Below, one piece after another: positions 1 to 10,244 of a DNA stretch of 32,032 nt. The position numbers and the translations under genes were made by a program. The DNA comes from a bacterium. GTDB lineage: Bacteria; JAJRZV01. The stretch lies in contig JAJRZV010000108.1 of the NCBI GenBank assembly GCA_024275095.1, positions 1-32,032 of the forward strand, in the 5' to 3' direction. Position 1 is the first letter of the stretch; every line of letters begins with the position of its first letter. Below the pieces are notes generated by a model that had not been told where the DNA came from, searched no databases, and saw only the letters and a program-made list of their open reading frames with translations.

Positions 1-362
1 TATATGCGGTTATTTGACATCCCGAGTTGCCTGCGTACTGTATCCACGTCTTTCTCTGTATTGAGTATAAACACGGTATTCTCATCGCAACCTTCTTTTA
101 CAAGGGGCGACTGTATGAGAAAAGGGTCCACAACCACTACAAATTGAGGATCTTCCACGGGACCGTAAATGTAAATGGGTTCGTCAGAAATGCGGTTAAA
201 CGCCCTTACAGGTGCCCCGCGGCGTTCAGGCCCGAATTCGGGAAAGGCCTGAACATACTTGTTGCGGCTGATAAGAATTTCAGCCAGCATCTTGGCTGCA
301 GTAACGGTTCCCTGACCCGCTCTGCCGTGCCAGCGTACTCCGATGATTTTACCTTCCGCCAT
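1..362 (-). CDS. porG: 2-oxoacid (pyruvate):ferredoxin oxidoreductase gamma subunit, 3' end runs off the window
   Basis: Not in the ORF track. Manual translation from ATG at 362 gives MAEGKIIGVRWHGRAGQGTVTAAKMLAE...QAFPEFGPERRGAPVRAFNRISDEPI, with the GRxGQG and FGPERRGAP signatures. AGGAGGTGA RBS lies just upstream. Confidence 0.9.
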   Translation of the reverse strand, partial: MAEGKIIGVRWHGRAGQGTVTAAKMLAEILISRNKYVQAFPEFGPERRGAPVRAFNRISDEPIYIYGPVEDPQFVVVVDPFLIQSPLVKEGCDENTVFILNTEKDVDTVRRQLGMSNNRI

Positions 363-407
363 TTTCACCTCCTTCGAAGAGGCTTTTATGCAGGTACCGT
401 CCGTTCA

Positions 408-1007
408 TCAAAGCTTCACCCGATACCTGAGTGCCTGTTCAAGAGTGCGTGGATCCACGTATCGAATGTGCGCTCCCAGAGGTATCCCGTGTGCAAGACG
501 TGTGACGGGAATCTTCCGTTTCTTCAACCGTTCTGCAAGGTAGATTGCAGTGGTTTCTCCCTCTACACTGGAGCCTGTTGCAATAATCACCTCGTTGACC
601 TTCCCTCTCTCCACACGCCTCAACAGTTCATCCATTTTAAGCTCCTCAGGACCAATCCCATCAATAGGGGAGATTGTCCCGTGAAGAACGTGATATTTTC
701 CCCGATAAATACCTGTATTTTCAATGTTCATCAACGATGCCACATCTTCTACCACACATATGACATTGCTGTCACGTTGAGAATCTGCACATATACTGCA
801 GAGATCACCCTCTGAAATATTAAAGCAGTCACGACACAAACCGACATGTTCTTTTACTTCCATCAGTGCCTGGCTGAGGTCCTGAACATAAGAATGAGGT
901 GCAGAAAGAAAGAAGAGTGCAAAGCGTCTGGCAGTTCCTTCTCCCACACCGGGTATATGCTTTAGAAGATTTACAAGATGCCGGAAGGGTCTGGGTTCCC
1001 GAGGCAT
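408..1007 (-). CDS. recR: recombination mediator RecR
   Basis: HhH IPGVGEGTA, C4 zinc finger CRDC...CSIC, Toprim ICVVE, YHVLHGTISPIDGIGP, EGETTA. Confidence 0.97.
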   Translation of the reverse strand: MPREPRPFRHLVNLLKHIPGVGEGTARRFALFFLSAPHSYVQDLSQALMEVKEHVGLCRDCFNISEGDLCSICADSQRDSNVICVVEDVASLMNIENTGIYRGKYHVLHGTISPIDGIGPEELKMDELLRRVERGKVNEVIIATGSSVEGETTAIYLAERLKKRKIPVTRLAHGIPLGAHIRYVDPRTLEQALRYRVKL

Positions 1008-2641
1008 TAAGCTCCGGCTCCGTCTTCGACCTTGTTTATGTTAATGACACGGGCCCCGAGGGAGGAAATGAACTTTTCAAGAACAGGGTCATTCAAAATT
1101 TTTGTTTCTGCATCTCGTGCATAATCAGACTTGCCTCGGGATGCCGACTTCAAAATCAAATCCACGTGATGTCCCAGCAATTCTTTTACACTATCTTCTA
1201 TGGCCCGAATGCGAGGAGCGTTAATTTCCTCGTCCAGAAGTGGACTGTCTTCCTTCAGTTTGATGGTGACAGTGCCTCCCTCAACAAGCACCTCCACAAC
1301 ATCCTTAGAAAGGAGTTCTGCTGTAACACGCGAGCGTTGAGAAAGAGAACCGATAATTTGACTTTCAAAATCACCCGGTGAAGGCCTGGTTGATACACTT
1401 TTTCCGGGACCAGCGGATTTCGGTTTCTCAGCCTTTTCTTTAGCGCTATCCTCTACACTACCTGTCAAGGGCTCATCGCCTCCTGCGGGGTTGTTCCGCT
1501 GCAAAGGAATACTTCCGGACGGATTTGCGGAGCGGAGCATTTCAACAACATCTGCTACTGATTGAAGACGCGGCAGGCGCGCAAGTTTCACGAGTCCTAC
1601 TTCGAGAGCGTAATCAGGTACGGGAGAGCGCTGAATATCCTCGAGAACACCGAGCATAACGCGGTATCTCGTTATAAAATCTTCTGCTGAGAGCTGTCCT
1701 ACAATCCGGGAAAACTCATCACTCCATACAGCGGCAGGTTTTCCACCTTCCCGCACAATAAGTGCATCCCTGAGTACTGCAAGGACATCTCTGGCAAGCC
1801 GGACCGCATCTACTCCCCTGTCAAGCACTGAACGGCATTGCTCGACCGCTTCCTTCGCCTTGCCATCCACCACAAATGACAAAATTTTCGTGACAGCTTC
1901 CGCCGGGGGGATGCCAAGCACCTTCTCCACATCCTCCCTCGAAACCCGTCCTCCAGAATAGGACGCCACCTGTTCGAAAAGACTCAGGGCATCACGAAGT
2001 GACCCACCTGCTTCCCGGACGATACTCTCGAGAGCACCCGGCTCCACATCAATGCCTTCTTTGGTGGTTACCTCCTGAAGCCTTTGCAATATAAGGGATG
2101 ACGGAATAGGCCTGAAGTCGAATCTGTGGCAGCGTGACATTACCGTATCAGGCACGCGGTGGGGCTCCGTGGTAGCAAAGATAAAAACAACGTGTGGAGG
2201 CGGCTCTTCGATTGTTTTGAGGAGTGCATTGAATGCGCTTCGGGACAACATGTGAAATTCGTCAATGATGACCACCCTGTAACGACCGCGTGCAGGTGAG
2301 TAACGAATCACTTCCTGAATCTCTCTCACGTTGTCCACCTGGGTATAGGATGCACCATCTATTTCCATAACATCCACACTGCTTCCTGTGTCAATTTCAC
2401 GGCATACAGGACACTTATTGCACGGTTCTCCCTCGTGCACATCAGGACAATTGAGGGACTTGGCCAGAATACGTGCAATGGTTGTTTTGCCTATTCCACG
2501 GGGTCCGGAAAACACGTATGCATGATGCGGACGCCCCAGACGAAGAGCGTTGCGAAGCGTCCGGGTTACGTGCTCCTGTCCAACCACTTCTGAAAAACGT
2601 GATGGACGGTACTTGCGTGCAAGGCCACGAAACTCCGCCAA
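1007..2641 (-). CDS. dnaX: DNA polymerase III subunit gamma/tau
   Basis: LARKYRP, Walker A GPRGIGKTT, EIDGAS, IIDEFHML, SRC motif. Start placed at TTG 2641 behind a GAGGGGTGA RBS; the ORF track start is 2665. Confidence 0.96.
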   Translation of the reverse strand: MAEFRGLARKYRPSRFSEVVGQEHVTRTLRNALRLGRPHHAYVFSGPRGIGKTTIARILAKSLNCPDVHEGEPCNKCPVCREIDTGSSVDVMEIDGASYTQVDNVREIQEVIRYSPARGRYRVVIIDEFHMLSRSAFNALLKTIEEPPPHVVFIFATTEPHRVPDTVMSRCHRFDFRPIPSSLILQRLQEVTTKEGIDVEPGALESIVREAGGSLRDALSLFEQVASYSGGRVSREDVEKVLGIPPAEAVTKILSFVVDGKAKEAVEQCRSVLDRGVDAVRLARDVLAVLRDALIVREGGKPAAVWSDEFSRIVGQLSAEDFITRYRVMLGVLEDIQRSPVPDYALEVGLVKLARLPRLQSVADVVEMLRSANPSGSIPLQRNNPAGGDEPLTGSVEDSAKEKAEKPKSAGPGKSVSTRPSPGDFESQIIGSLSQRSRVTAELLSKDVVEVLVEGGTVTIKLKEDSPLLDEEINAPRIRAIEDSVKELLGHHVDLILKSASRGKSDYARDAETKILNDPVLEKFISSLGARVININKVEDGAGA

Positions 2642-2645
2642 AATA

Positions 2646-4295
2646 TCACCCCTCGTACCTGCCAAAAACTTCCGCTAGTACAGTCACCATTTCACCAAGA
2701 GTACATCGTGCACGTACGCATTCCACCAGTGCAGGCATCAACTGTGCCCTGTCCGTGGCTCTCAAACGCAGTTCTTTAAGTGCTTTCTGTACGCGAGTTT
2801 TGTCCCGCTCCTTTCTGATGCGCTCAAGGCGCTGCTTTTGATCCTCTTCAACAGCAGGATCCACACGCAACAACTTTACACCTCCAACGAGGCCTTCGCT
2901 GAACATGTTGACGCCCACAACCACCCTTTCCTGTCTCTCCATTTCCAGCTGGGCTCGATAAGCGGATTCAGAAATTTCCTTCTGCATAAAACCTCTCTCC
3001 ACCGCAGCTAATGCCCCTCCCATCTCGTCAATACGTTTAATATAATCCCTCGCCCTGTTCTCAATTTCATCGGTAAGGGCTTCCAGCATGTACGAACCAC
3101 CAAGGGGGTCAACAGAAGACGTAATGCCTGTTTCGTATGCAAGAATTTGCTGGGTTCTGAGGGCAATCTTTACAGACTCCTCGGTGGGCAGGCTCAGTGC
3201 CTCATCATACGAATTGGTGTGAATAGACTGAGCACCACCAAGTGCTGCAGCAAGTGCTTGCACCGTGACGCGCACCACATTGTTCAGTGGTTCCTGTGCT
3301 GTGAGCTCACTCCCCGCTGTCTGGGCATGAAACCGCAGTTTCAAAGCATCACGGTCCTGAATATCAAAACGCTCCTTCAACAAGGTTGCCCACAGTCTGC
3401 GTGCTGCGCGGAATTTAGCGACTTCTTCCAATAGATTTGAACACGCATTGAAAAAGAAACTCACACGCCGTGCAATGCGGACCACATCCAGGCCTGCCTG
3501 CTGTGCCGCCTGCAGATACTGCAATCCATTGGAAAGCGTAAAAGCCACCTCCTGAACAGCGGTAGCTCCTGCTTCCCTGATGTGGTACCCGGAAACGCTG
3601 ATGGTATTGAAACGGGGTACATTTTCAGCAGCGTAACGCATAAGGTCAACAATAAGATAAAGCGAAGGCTCAGGAGGATATATGTACGTGCCCCTGGCCA
3701 CATATTCTTTCAATATGTCATTCTGGACCGTTCCGCGAAGTTGTTCCTGCTTCACCCCTGATTCTTCGGCAGTTACAATGTACATGGCCAAAAGGATGTT
3801 GGCAGTCGCATTGATCGTCATGGAAGTCGACACGCGCGCAAGGTCAATACCGCTGAAAAGCCTCTTCACATCTTCCACACTGTCAACCGCAACACCCACG
3901 CGCCCCACTTCACCGTGGGCTACGGGATGGTCTGAGTCGTAACCCATCTGGGTGGGAAGGTCAAAGGCCACCGAAAGCCCTGTCTGACCCCTTTCAAGTA
4001 AAAATCTGAAACGTTTGTTGGTGTCCTCGGCCGTGCCGAAACCTGCATACTGCCGCATTGTCCATATACGACCCCGATACATGGTTGGTTGAACACCGCG
4101 TGTGAATGGGAATTCACCAGGAAACCCCAGCTTCGAAAGATACTGGAAATCCTTAAGATGAAGCGGCGTGTATAAACGTTCTATCTCCACTCCCGAAGGT
4201 GTTTTGAACTCTTCCTGTCGTTCCGGCTTTTTCTCCAGTAGAGGTTCAAGAATCTCTTTTTCCCAGCGTTCCTGCGCCTCTTTCAGGTCCTTCAC
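2646..4295 (-). CDS. methylmalonyl-CoA mutase, substrate-binding (large) subunit
   Basis: PGEFPFTRG, WTMRQYAGFG (Tyr as in MCM, not the Phe of isobutyryl-CoA mutase), QNDILKEY, SGYHIREAG, HTNSYDEA. No B12-binding domain. Confidence 0.95.
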   Translation of the reverse strand: MKDLKEAQERWEKEILEPLLEKKPERQEEFKTPSGVEIERLYTPLHLKDFQYLSKLGFPGEFPFTRGVQPTMYRGRIWTMRQYAGFGTAEDTNKRFRFLLERGQTGLSVAFDLPTQMGYDSDHPVAHGEVGRVGVAVDSVEDVKRLFSGIDLARVSTSMTINATANILLAMYIVTAEESGVKQEQLRGTVQNDILKEYVARGTYIYPPEPSLYLIVDLMRYAAENVPRFNTISVSGYHIREAGATAVQEVAFTLSNGLQYLQAAQQAGLDVVRIARRVSFFFNACSNLLEEVAKFRAARRLWATLLKERFDIQDRDALKLRFHAQTAGSELTAQEPLNNVVRVTVQALAAALGGAQSIHTNSYDEALSLPTEESVKIALRTQQILAYETGITSSVDPLGGSYMLEALTDEIENRARDYIKRIDEMGGALAAVERGFMQKEISESAYRAQLEMERQERVVVGVNMFSEGLVGGVKLLRVDPAVEEDQKQRLERIRKERDKTRVQKALKELRLRATDRAQLMPALVECVRARCTLGEMVTVLAEVFGRYEG

Positions 4296-4807
4296 GCCTT
4301 CACCTCGATTTCAACAAGTTCCACCCGTCCTTCCACCCGGTCGTTCTCTTTTACATATACCTTTTTAACAACACCACGCGCGGGAGACCGAATTTCATTC
4401 TCCATCTTCATGGCTTCAAGTGTAAGCAAGACACTGTTCTTTTCCACCTTATCTCCCTCTTTAACCATAAGCCGAACGATACGGCCCGGCATGGGTGAGC
4501 GTACAACTCTGTGGGCACCACCGGCTTCGCCTGCACTTTGCTGGATACTGGCTGAAGGAACACGCGTAAAACGCAGTTCCCACCGCTTCGCACCTGATGT
4601 AACAACTGCTTCATCACCACTCCTTCGCATATAAAATCGAACGGCATTACCATTAACGTTGGCAATGAAAAATCCTCCGCCAAGGTCCCTGATGTTCACA
4701 CGATATTCATTTTCACCCACCTTAATGGTGTATTCTCCGGGTCCACTCTCATTTACATAAAGACCTATTTCCTGTTCTTCTCGGGATATATACAGTGGTT
4801 TTCCCAT
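4292..4807 (-). CDS. biotin carboxyl carrier protein of acyl-CoA carboxylase
   Basis: SPMPG...LEAMKMENEI biotinylation motif. Confidence 0.93.
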   Translation of the reverse strand: MGKPLYISREEQEIGLYVNESGPGEYTIKVGENEYRVNIRDLGGGFFIANVNGNAVRFYMRRSGDEAVVTSGAKRWELRFTRVPSASIQQSAGEAGGAHRVVRSPMPGRIVRLMVKEGDKVEKNSVLLTLEAMKMENEIRSPARGVVKKVYVKENDRVEGRVELVEIEVKA

Positions 4808-4811
4808 GGCT

Positions 4812-6320
4812 TCACACTTCCTTTCGGCGTTTCAACGAATGCCATCTCCCCTTCAAGCGCCACACGGAATTCTCCGACATGGTAAAAAGCGGGGAATGAT
4901 GCTTTACAAGTTCTGTATATGCAGCGGCCACAGCAACCGCTTCCTCCGGGCTGATCTCCTCTTCTTCAGTCTGGAAACCTTCAGCAAGAGAAGTATGAAC
5001 CCGACCTTCTACAAAATCGGGATTGGCCAGGAGCCAGAGGTGAAACGGCAGGGTTGTATAAATACCGGCAACTTCCAGCTCTTCCAGGGCTCTTTTTGCA
5101 CGCCGAATCACGTGACGGCGATCTTTTCCGTGAATAATAATCTTGAGAACAAGAGGGTCGTACTCCATGGGTACCACCCCGCCCTCCTCCACTCCGGAGT
5201 CAACACGAATTCCAGGACCTGCAGGTACTCTTAAGTGTGTGATCACTCCAGGCGTGGGCACGAAACCATTGAAAGGATCCTCGGCATTAATTCGGAATTC
5301 CATTGCTGCACCCCGGGGACGAGCCGGCCGAAGGTCTTGCTACAGCTGTTGTCCCTCTTCTACGTCCACCTGGAGAGCCACGAGGTCAACTCCCGTAACC
5401 TCTTCTGTAATGGGATGCTCGACCTGCAAACGTGCATTAACCTCCATGAAATAATAATGCTCTCCGCTACTGTCCACAAGGAACTCCACCGTGCCTGCTC
5501 CAGTGTACCCGCAGGCTCTGGCGATTTTTACGGCCGAATTCCACATGCCTTCACGCACCTTATCATTCAGGAGAGGAGCAGGCGTCTCTTCCACCAGTTT
5601 CTGGTGACGCCGTTGTACAGAACAATCCCTTTCAAACAGGTGTACGACATTACCATGATGATCAGCGATAATCTGAACCTCCACGTGCCGGGGATTAATC
5701 ACTGCCTTTTCAACATAAAGGCTCCCGTCACCAAACGCCTGCGTCGCCTCAGAAGACGCGGTACGAAATGCCTCTACAAAATCTTCTTCCTTTTGTACAA
5801 GTCTCATGCCTTTACCACCGCCACCGGCCTTCGCCTTGATCATCACGGGGAAACCCACCTTTCGTGCAATCTCCAGACCGTCTTCAGGAGTCGGCACCGT
5901 ACCCTCACTTCCAGGTACAACAGGAATTCCATTCTTAACAGCAGTTTCACGTGCAAGAGCCTTATCCCCCAGCAGTTCCATCGCCTCGGGAGGAGGCCCG
6001 ATAAATATGAGCCCGTTATCCTCGACCAGACGCGCAAAAGTAGAATTCTCGGCCAGGAAACCATATCCCGGATGAACCGCCTGGGCTCCCGCCTTTCTGG
6101 CAATATCCACCAGCAGCTCCATGTTGAGATAGGTTTCTCCCGGGAGCCGGCCCGGCAGGTGATAACTCTCGTCCGCCATTCTCACATAGGGTTGAAACCG
6201 ATCCACATCAGAATAAACCGCCACACTCGCAATCCCGTTTTCGCGAAGAGTACGTATCACCCGAACCGCGATTTCGCCGCGATTGGCTATGAGAACTTTG
6301 TTAATTCGCCTCTTCTTCAT
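4812..6320 (-). pseudogene. biotin carboxylase (AccC/PccA N-terminal type) interrupted by one in-frame TAG at 5340-5342
   Basis: ORFs 5340..6320 (KVLIANRGEIA, HPGYGFLAEN, GGGGKGM, RDCSVQRRHQK, MEVNARLQVEHP) and 4812..5303 (EFRINAEDP, PGIRVDSG) are in the same frame. They read ...EGQQL*QDLRPARPRGAAMEFRINAED. May be a true nonsense mutation or a base-call error. Confidence 0.85.
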
Positions 6321-7864
6321 AGTGGAATATTCCCGTGCTTCTTCGGTGGGTTTTCATCTCTCTTATCCTTGAGCATCTCCAGTGACTGGATGATACGCAC
6401 CCGCGTGAGGGACGGACGAATGACCTCATCAACATAACCCAGTTCCGCTGCCTTCCAGGGATTGGCAAATGTCTCACGGTACTGGGCCACGAGTTTTTGA
6501 CGGGTTGCTTCAGGGTCCTCAGCTTCCTGAATTTCGTTCCTGAAAATGATATTGACTGCACCTTCCGGCCCCATCACTGCAATTTCAGCGGTGGGATAGG
6601 CAAGATTAACATCTCCTCTGATGTGCTTGCTGCTCATTACGTCATACGCTCCACCATAGGCCTTTCGGGTGATAATGGTAATTTTGGGCACTGTAGCCTC
6701 GCAAAATGCGTACAGGAGCTTCGCACCGTGTCTGATAATTCCTCCGTATTCCTGCTCTGTCCCGGGGAGGAAGCCGGGCACATCCACGAAGGTCACAATG
6801 GGAATATTAAACGCGTCACAGAACCTGACAAAACGAGCTCCTTTAACAGAAGCGTTTATATCGAGGCATCCTGCAAGCACTGCAGGCTGGTTTGCCACGA
6901 TACCCACCACACGCCCGTTAAAACGAGCAAATCCCACAACGATATTCTGAGCATAATCTGCATGGACCTCCATAAAAGAATCCCTGTCCACTACCGTTAT
7001 GATAAGGTCCTTTATATCATAGGGTTTCTCCGGGTCTTCGGGTATAAGCCGATCCAGTTCTTCGTTTTCACGCCAGGGATCATCATCTGTCTCCTGCACG
7101 GGTGGATCCTCTGCATTATTTGAAGGCAGGTAAGAAATAAGCCTTCTAATCTGCATGAGGCACTCATAATCATTCGGTGCTGTAAAATGAGCCACACCGC
7201 TTACACTCGCGTGGGTCCGTGCTCCCCCGAGTTCCTCCTTTGTCACTTCCTCGTGAGTTACCGTTTTAATCACATCCGGTCCTGTGACGAACATGTAACT
7301 CGTGCCTTCCACCATAAATATAAAGTCGGTAATGGCCGGCGAATATACAGCCCCGCCCGCACACGGCCCCATGATCGCGGAAATCTGGGGAATTACTCCA
7401 CTGCACAGAGTGTTACGTAAAAATATATCCGCATATCCGGCCAGTGAAACCACTCCTTCCTGGATGCGCGCTCCTCCAGAGTCATTGAGACCGATAACAG
7501 GCGCACCAACCTTGGCTGCCAGGTCCATGATTTTACAAATCTTCTTAGCGTACGCGCCCGAAAGCGAGCCTCCAAAAACGGTAAAATCCTGGGAAAACAC
7601 GAACACAAGTCTTCCATCAATGGTTCCGTATCCTGTAACGACTCCGTCACCGGGTATCTTCCGCTTCTCCATTCCGAAATCCGTACACTGGTGCACCACG
7701 AACTTGTCGGTCTCAACAAAACTCCCCTCGTCCAGTAAAACGTGCACCCGCTCACGTGCTGTGAGCTTCCCAGCCTTGTGCTGACGCTCAATGCGTGCTT
7801 TGCCCCCTGCCTCTTCAGCCAGCCGATTCAACTCCTCAAGACGTTTAAACTGGTCCATCTCCAA
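6317..7864 (-). CDS. pccB: propionyl-CoA/acyl-CoA carboxylase carboxyltransferase (beta) subunit
   Basis: [49 protein letters not shown]-terminal KKHGNIPL. Confidence 0.95.
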   Translation of the reverse strand: MEMDQFKRLEELNRLAEEAGGKARIERQHKAGKLTARERVHVLLDEGSFVETDKFVVHQCTDFGMEKRKIPGDGVVTGYGTIDGRLVFVFSQDFTVFGGSLSGAYAKKICKIMDLAAKVGAPVIGLNDSGGARIQEGVVSLAGYADIFLRNTLCSGVIPQISAIMGPCAGGAVYSPAITDFIFMVEGTSYMFVTGPDVIKTVTHEEVTKEELGGARTHASVSGVAHFTAPNDYECLMQIRRLISYLPSNNAEDPPVQETDDDPWRENEELDRLIPEDPEKPYDIKDLIITVVDRDSFMEVHADYAQNIVVGFARFNGRVVGIVANQPAVLAGCLDINASVKGARFVRFCDAFNIPIVTFVDVPGFLPGTEQEYGGIIRHGAKLLYAFCEATVPKITIITRKAYGGAYDVMSSKHIRGDVNLAYPTAEIAVMGPEGAVNIIFRNEIQEAEDPEATRQKLVAQYRETFANPWKAAELGYVDEVIRPSLTRVRIIQSLEMLKDKRDENPPKKHGNIPL

Positions 7865-8333
7865 CCTCCTCTCCGGGGTCAGGTCTCAACATTTGACATT
7901 CCTGACAAGCCATCTCCAATCTCCTTCACTGCCGGAACCCGATAAGAAATACCACAGGCTCCCTGCCAGGTCAAAAAATAGGTGAATGACATTCCAGCCA
8001 GGGTACTTCCGTCCAGATTTCGATAAGCAGAGGAACACAGCAAGCACATCCGCTCGCCAAGAGTACAGTCGAAGCAACCAAAATCTGTGTTAATCAACGG
8101 GATTTTTCTCTTCTTTTGTGCTTCATTTTCGCCCCTCTCCAGAGATTTGTCCAAAATCAGGCGCAACAACATGGGAGGATGTGGTCATACATGCACTGGA
8201 AGGCCAGGCAACAATTCGTCACCCCATTGAAAACAAACACCACAAACCAGGAGTTCTCCACATAAATTTTATCCACGGCTGTATTTTATGCCATGTCAAG
8301 AATCCACACCACAGCAAGCATGTTGAACCTTTT

Positions 8334-8759
8334 TCAAACATCAGCGCTATCAGCAAACGTCACTCTCAGCCATTCCCTAATTTCATCTCTGACCTTTCTG
8401 AAGCGAACGAGTTTTTCCTCCTGTGGTCCATTAAATGCGGAGGGGTCTTCAAAACTTCTGTGTAAATACTTTTTCCCTTTTGGAAAAAAAGGACAGGCCT
8501 CTTTTGCGTGATTGCAAACCGTAACAACGTAGTCAAACTCTTCTTCAGCGAATTCGGCGATACTTTTTGATCTATGACGCGATATATCAACTCCAATTTC
8601 TCTCATTACCTCAATAGCGCAGGGATCGACCTCCGACGGTGCTGTCCCTGCACTCCAGACTTTGTAAATACTGCCGTATAAATGTCTGAGCAATCCTTCA
8701 GCGATCTGTGACCGCGCCGAATTATGCGTACACAGGAACAGAACTTTCTTCTTTTCCAC
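8334..8759 (-). CDS. arsC: thioredoxin-coupled arsenate reductase, LMW-PTP fold
   Basis: P-loop FLCTHNSARSQIAE, SAGT, resolving cysteines in TVCNHAKEACP, FEDP. Confidence 0.88.
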   Translation of the reverse strand: MEKKKVLFLCTHNSARSQIAEGLLRHLYGSIYKVWSAGTAPSEVDPCAIEVMREIGVDISRHRSKSIAEFAEEEFDYVVTVCNHAKEACPFFPKGKKYLHRSFEDPSAFNGPQEEKLVRFRKVRDEIREWLRVTFADSADV

Positions 8760-8826
8760 CTAAACCCCCTGGAGCTAGGTTGAAAAAATTAAACAGAACA
8801 CTCTCACTCCAAATCGGGAATAAAAT

Positions 8827-9666
8827 TTAAAAGCACACTTTTTCACCGTGGTGAAGAATCTTAACTCGATCCTTCAGTCCCATCCTGTCCATATACCTTT
8901 TCAAAAGTTGCAACGGCTCATCCGGCCTTTCCAGTGAAAGCCGAAAAGTGCCCCAGTGAATAGGAATCATCCATCGGGCACGGAGGTCAATAAACGCCTG
9001 AAGAGCCTCACGCGGGTCCATATGGACCAGGCGCATATAGAGGCGTGGGCGATACGCACCAATTGGAAGAAGCGCAATATCAATGGAAAAACGCTGACCG
9101 ATTTTTTTAAATCCTTTAAAGTAAGCGCTGTCTCCTGCAAAGTACACGGTACAGTTGTTGCTTTGCACCACGTATCCTGTATATCCCCTGTGAAAATCTG
9201 TAAGAAACCTCATGCCGTGATGTCTGGCAGGCACTGCGGTTACAGTGAGACCATTGATCGAAAAAGTCTCCCATTTCTTCAACTCCACCACCCGACCACC
9301 AAACACTTCTCTCACAAGCTCGCCGACCTTCGGCGGCACGAGAATTGTTGCTCTGACCGGGATGCGTTTGAGCGTGTTAAGGTCTAAGTGGTCGAAATGA
9401 GAGTGAGAAATAAGTACAAGATGGGGAGCAGGAAGTTCCTCCAGACGATGCGATGGAGGGCGCACCCGCGGAACTACGAGGGCCTTGCCGGAAAACATCG
9501 GGTCCGTAAGAACAAACTTCCCGTCCATTTCAAGAAATGTCGTGGCATGGCCAATATAAGTGATTTCACAGCGGCACCTGTGTTGCCCGTTTTCTGAAAA
9601 AGTCTGACCTGGAGGCTTTATCACACTCATTATCAAAAAAATCTTTACCGCGCCCGATATATCCAT
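8827..9666 (-). CDS. MBL-fold metallo-hydrolase (NAPE-PLD/RomA-like)
   Basis: IGHAT, LTDPMFS, SHSHFDHLD, YFAGDS, LPIGAY, PIHWGTF. Start codon uncertain. Confidence 0.88.
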   Translation of the reverse strand: MDISGAVKIFLIMSVIKPPGQTFSENGQHRCRCEITYIGHATTFLEMDGKFVLTDPMFSGKALVVPRVRPPSHRLEELPAPHLVLISHSHFDHLDLNTLKRIPVRATILVPPKVGELVREVFGGRVVELKKWETFSINGLTVTAVPARHHGMRFLTDFHRGYTGYVVQSNNCTVYFAGDSAYFKGFKKIGQRFSIDIALLPIGAYRPRLYMRLVHMDPREALQAFIDLRARWMIPIHWGTFRLSLERPDEPLQLLKRYMDRMGLKDRVKILHHGEKVCF

Positions 9667-10244
9667 TGCATAAACCGCGGTAGCCTCTCCTTTCTCTCCC
9701 AGCCTCCAAAAAACGAAATAAGAAACGATAGAACAATAAGCTTGAGATCCAACCAGAACGAGCCTTTCTTCACGTAGAGAAGATCGTAACGTATTTTATG
9801 CCTGAGGGGCGCATCTTTCGGCGCGTAGACCTGTGCAATCCCCGTAAGACCAGGAGGTACGGAGCATCTCTTCTCAAATCCCGGCATATTACGGATGTTT
9901 ACAACCTTCCCGTCAAGGAAGTCTGCTTCATATTCTGCAAGAGCGCGAGGACCAACAAAGCTCATATCACCCCGAATGATATTCCAGAGTTGCGGCAACT
10001 CGTCCATGGCTGTGGCACGCAGCAATCTTCCGAATGGTGTAACGTTTCCATTTTGCATGGTGCGAAATTTATATGCATAAAACACCTTTCCATGAAGTCC
10101 AATACGGGGCTGCCTGAAAAAAACAGAACCTCCATCCTGGAGTTTAATAACGACAGCACTTACGACCCACACGGGAAGAGACACAAAAATTCCTGTGCTC
10201 GCAAGAATAATATCAAAGGCCCTTTTCAATCGTCGGTGCCTCAT
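9645..10244 (-). CDS. bacterial sugar transferase (phosphoglycosyl transferase, small PglC-like)
   Basis: KRAFDI, YKFRTM, LRATAMDELPQLWNIIRGDMSFVGPR, PGLTGIAQV, YDLLY. Confidence 0.92.
   Translation of the reverse strand: MRHRRLKRAFDIILASTGIFVSLPVWVVSAVVIKLQDGGSVFFRQPRIGLHGKVFYAYKFRTMQNGNVTPFGRLLRATAMDELPQLWNIIRGDMSFVGPRALAEYEADFLDGKVVNIRNMPGFEKRCSVPPGLTGIAQVYAPKDAPLRHKIRYDLLYVKKGSFWLDLKLIVLSFLISFFGGWERKERLPRFMQWIYRAR

Noticed and set aside
7870-8215. Cobalamin riboswitch upstream of the mutase operon
   Set aside because: Only scattered fragments are present (CACTGGAAGGC on the wrong strand, GAGACCTGAC on the minus strand). The conserved core is not recognisable.
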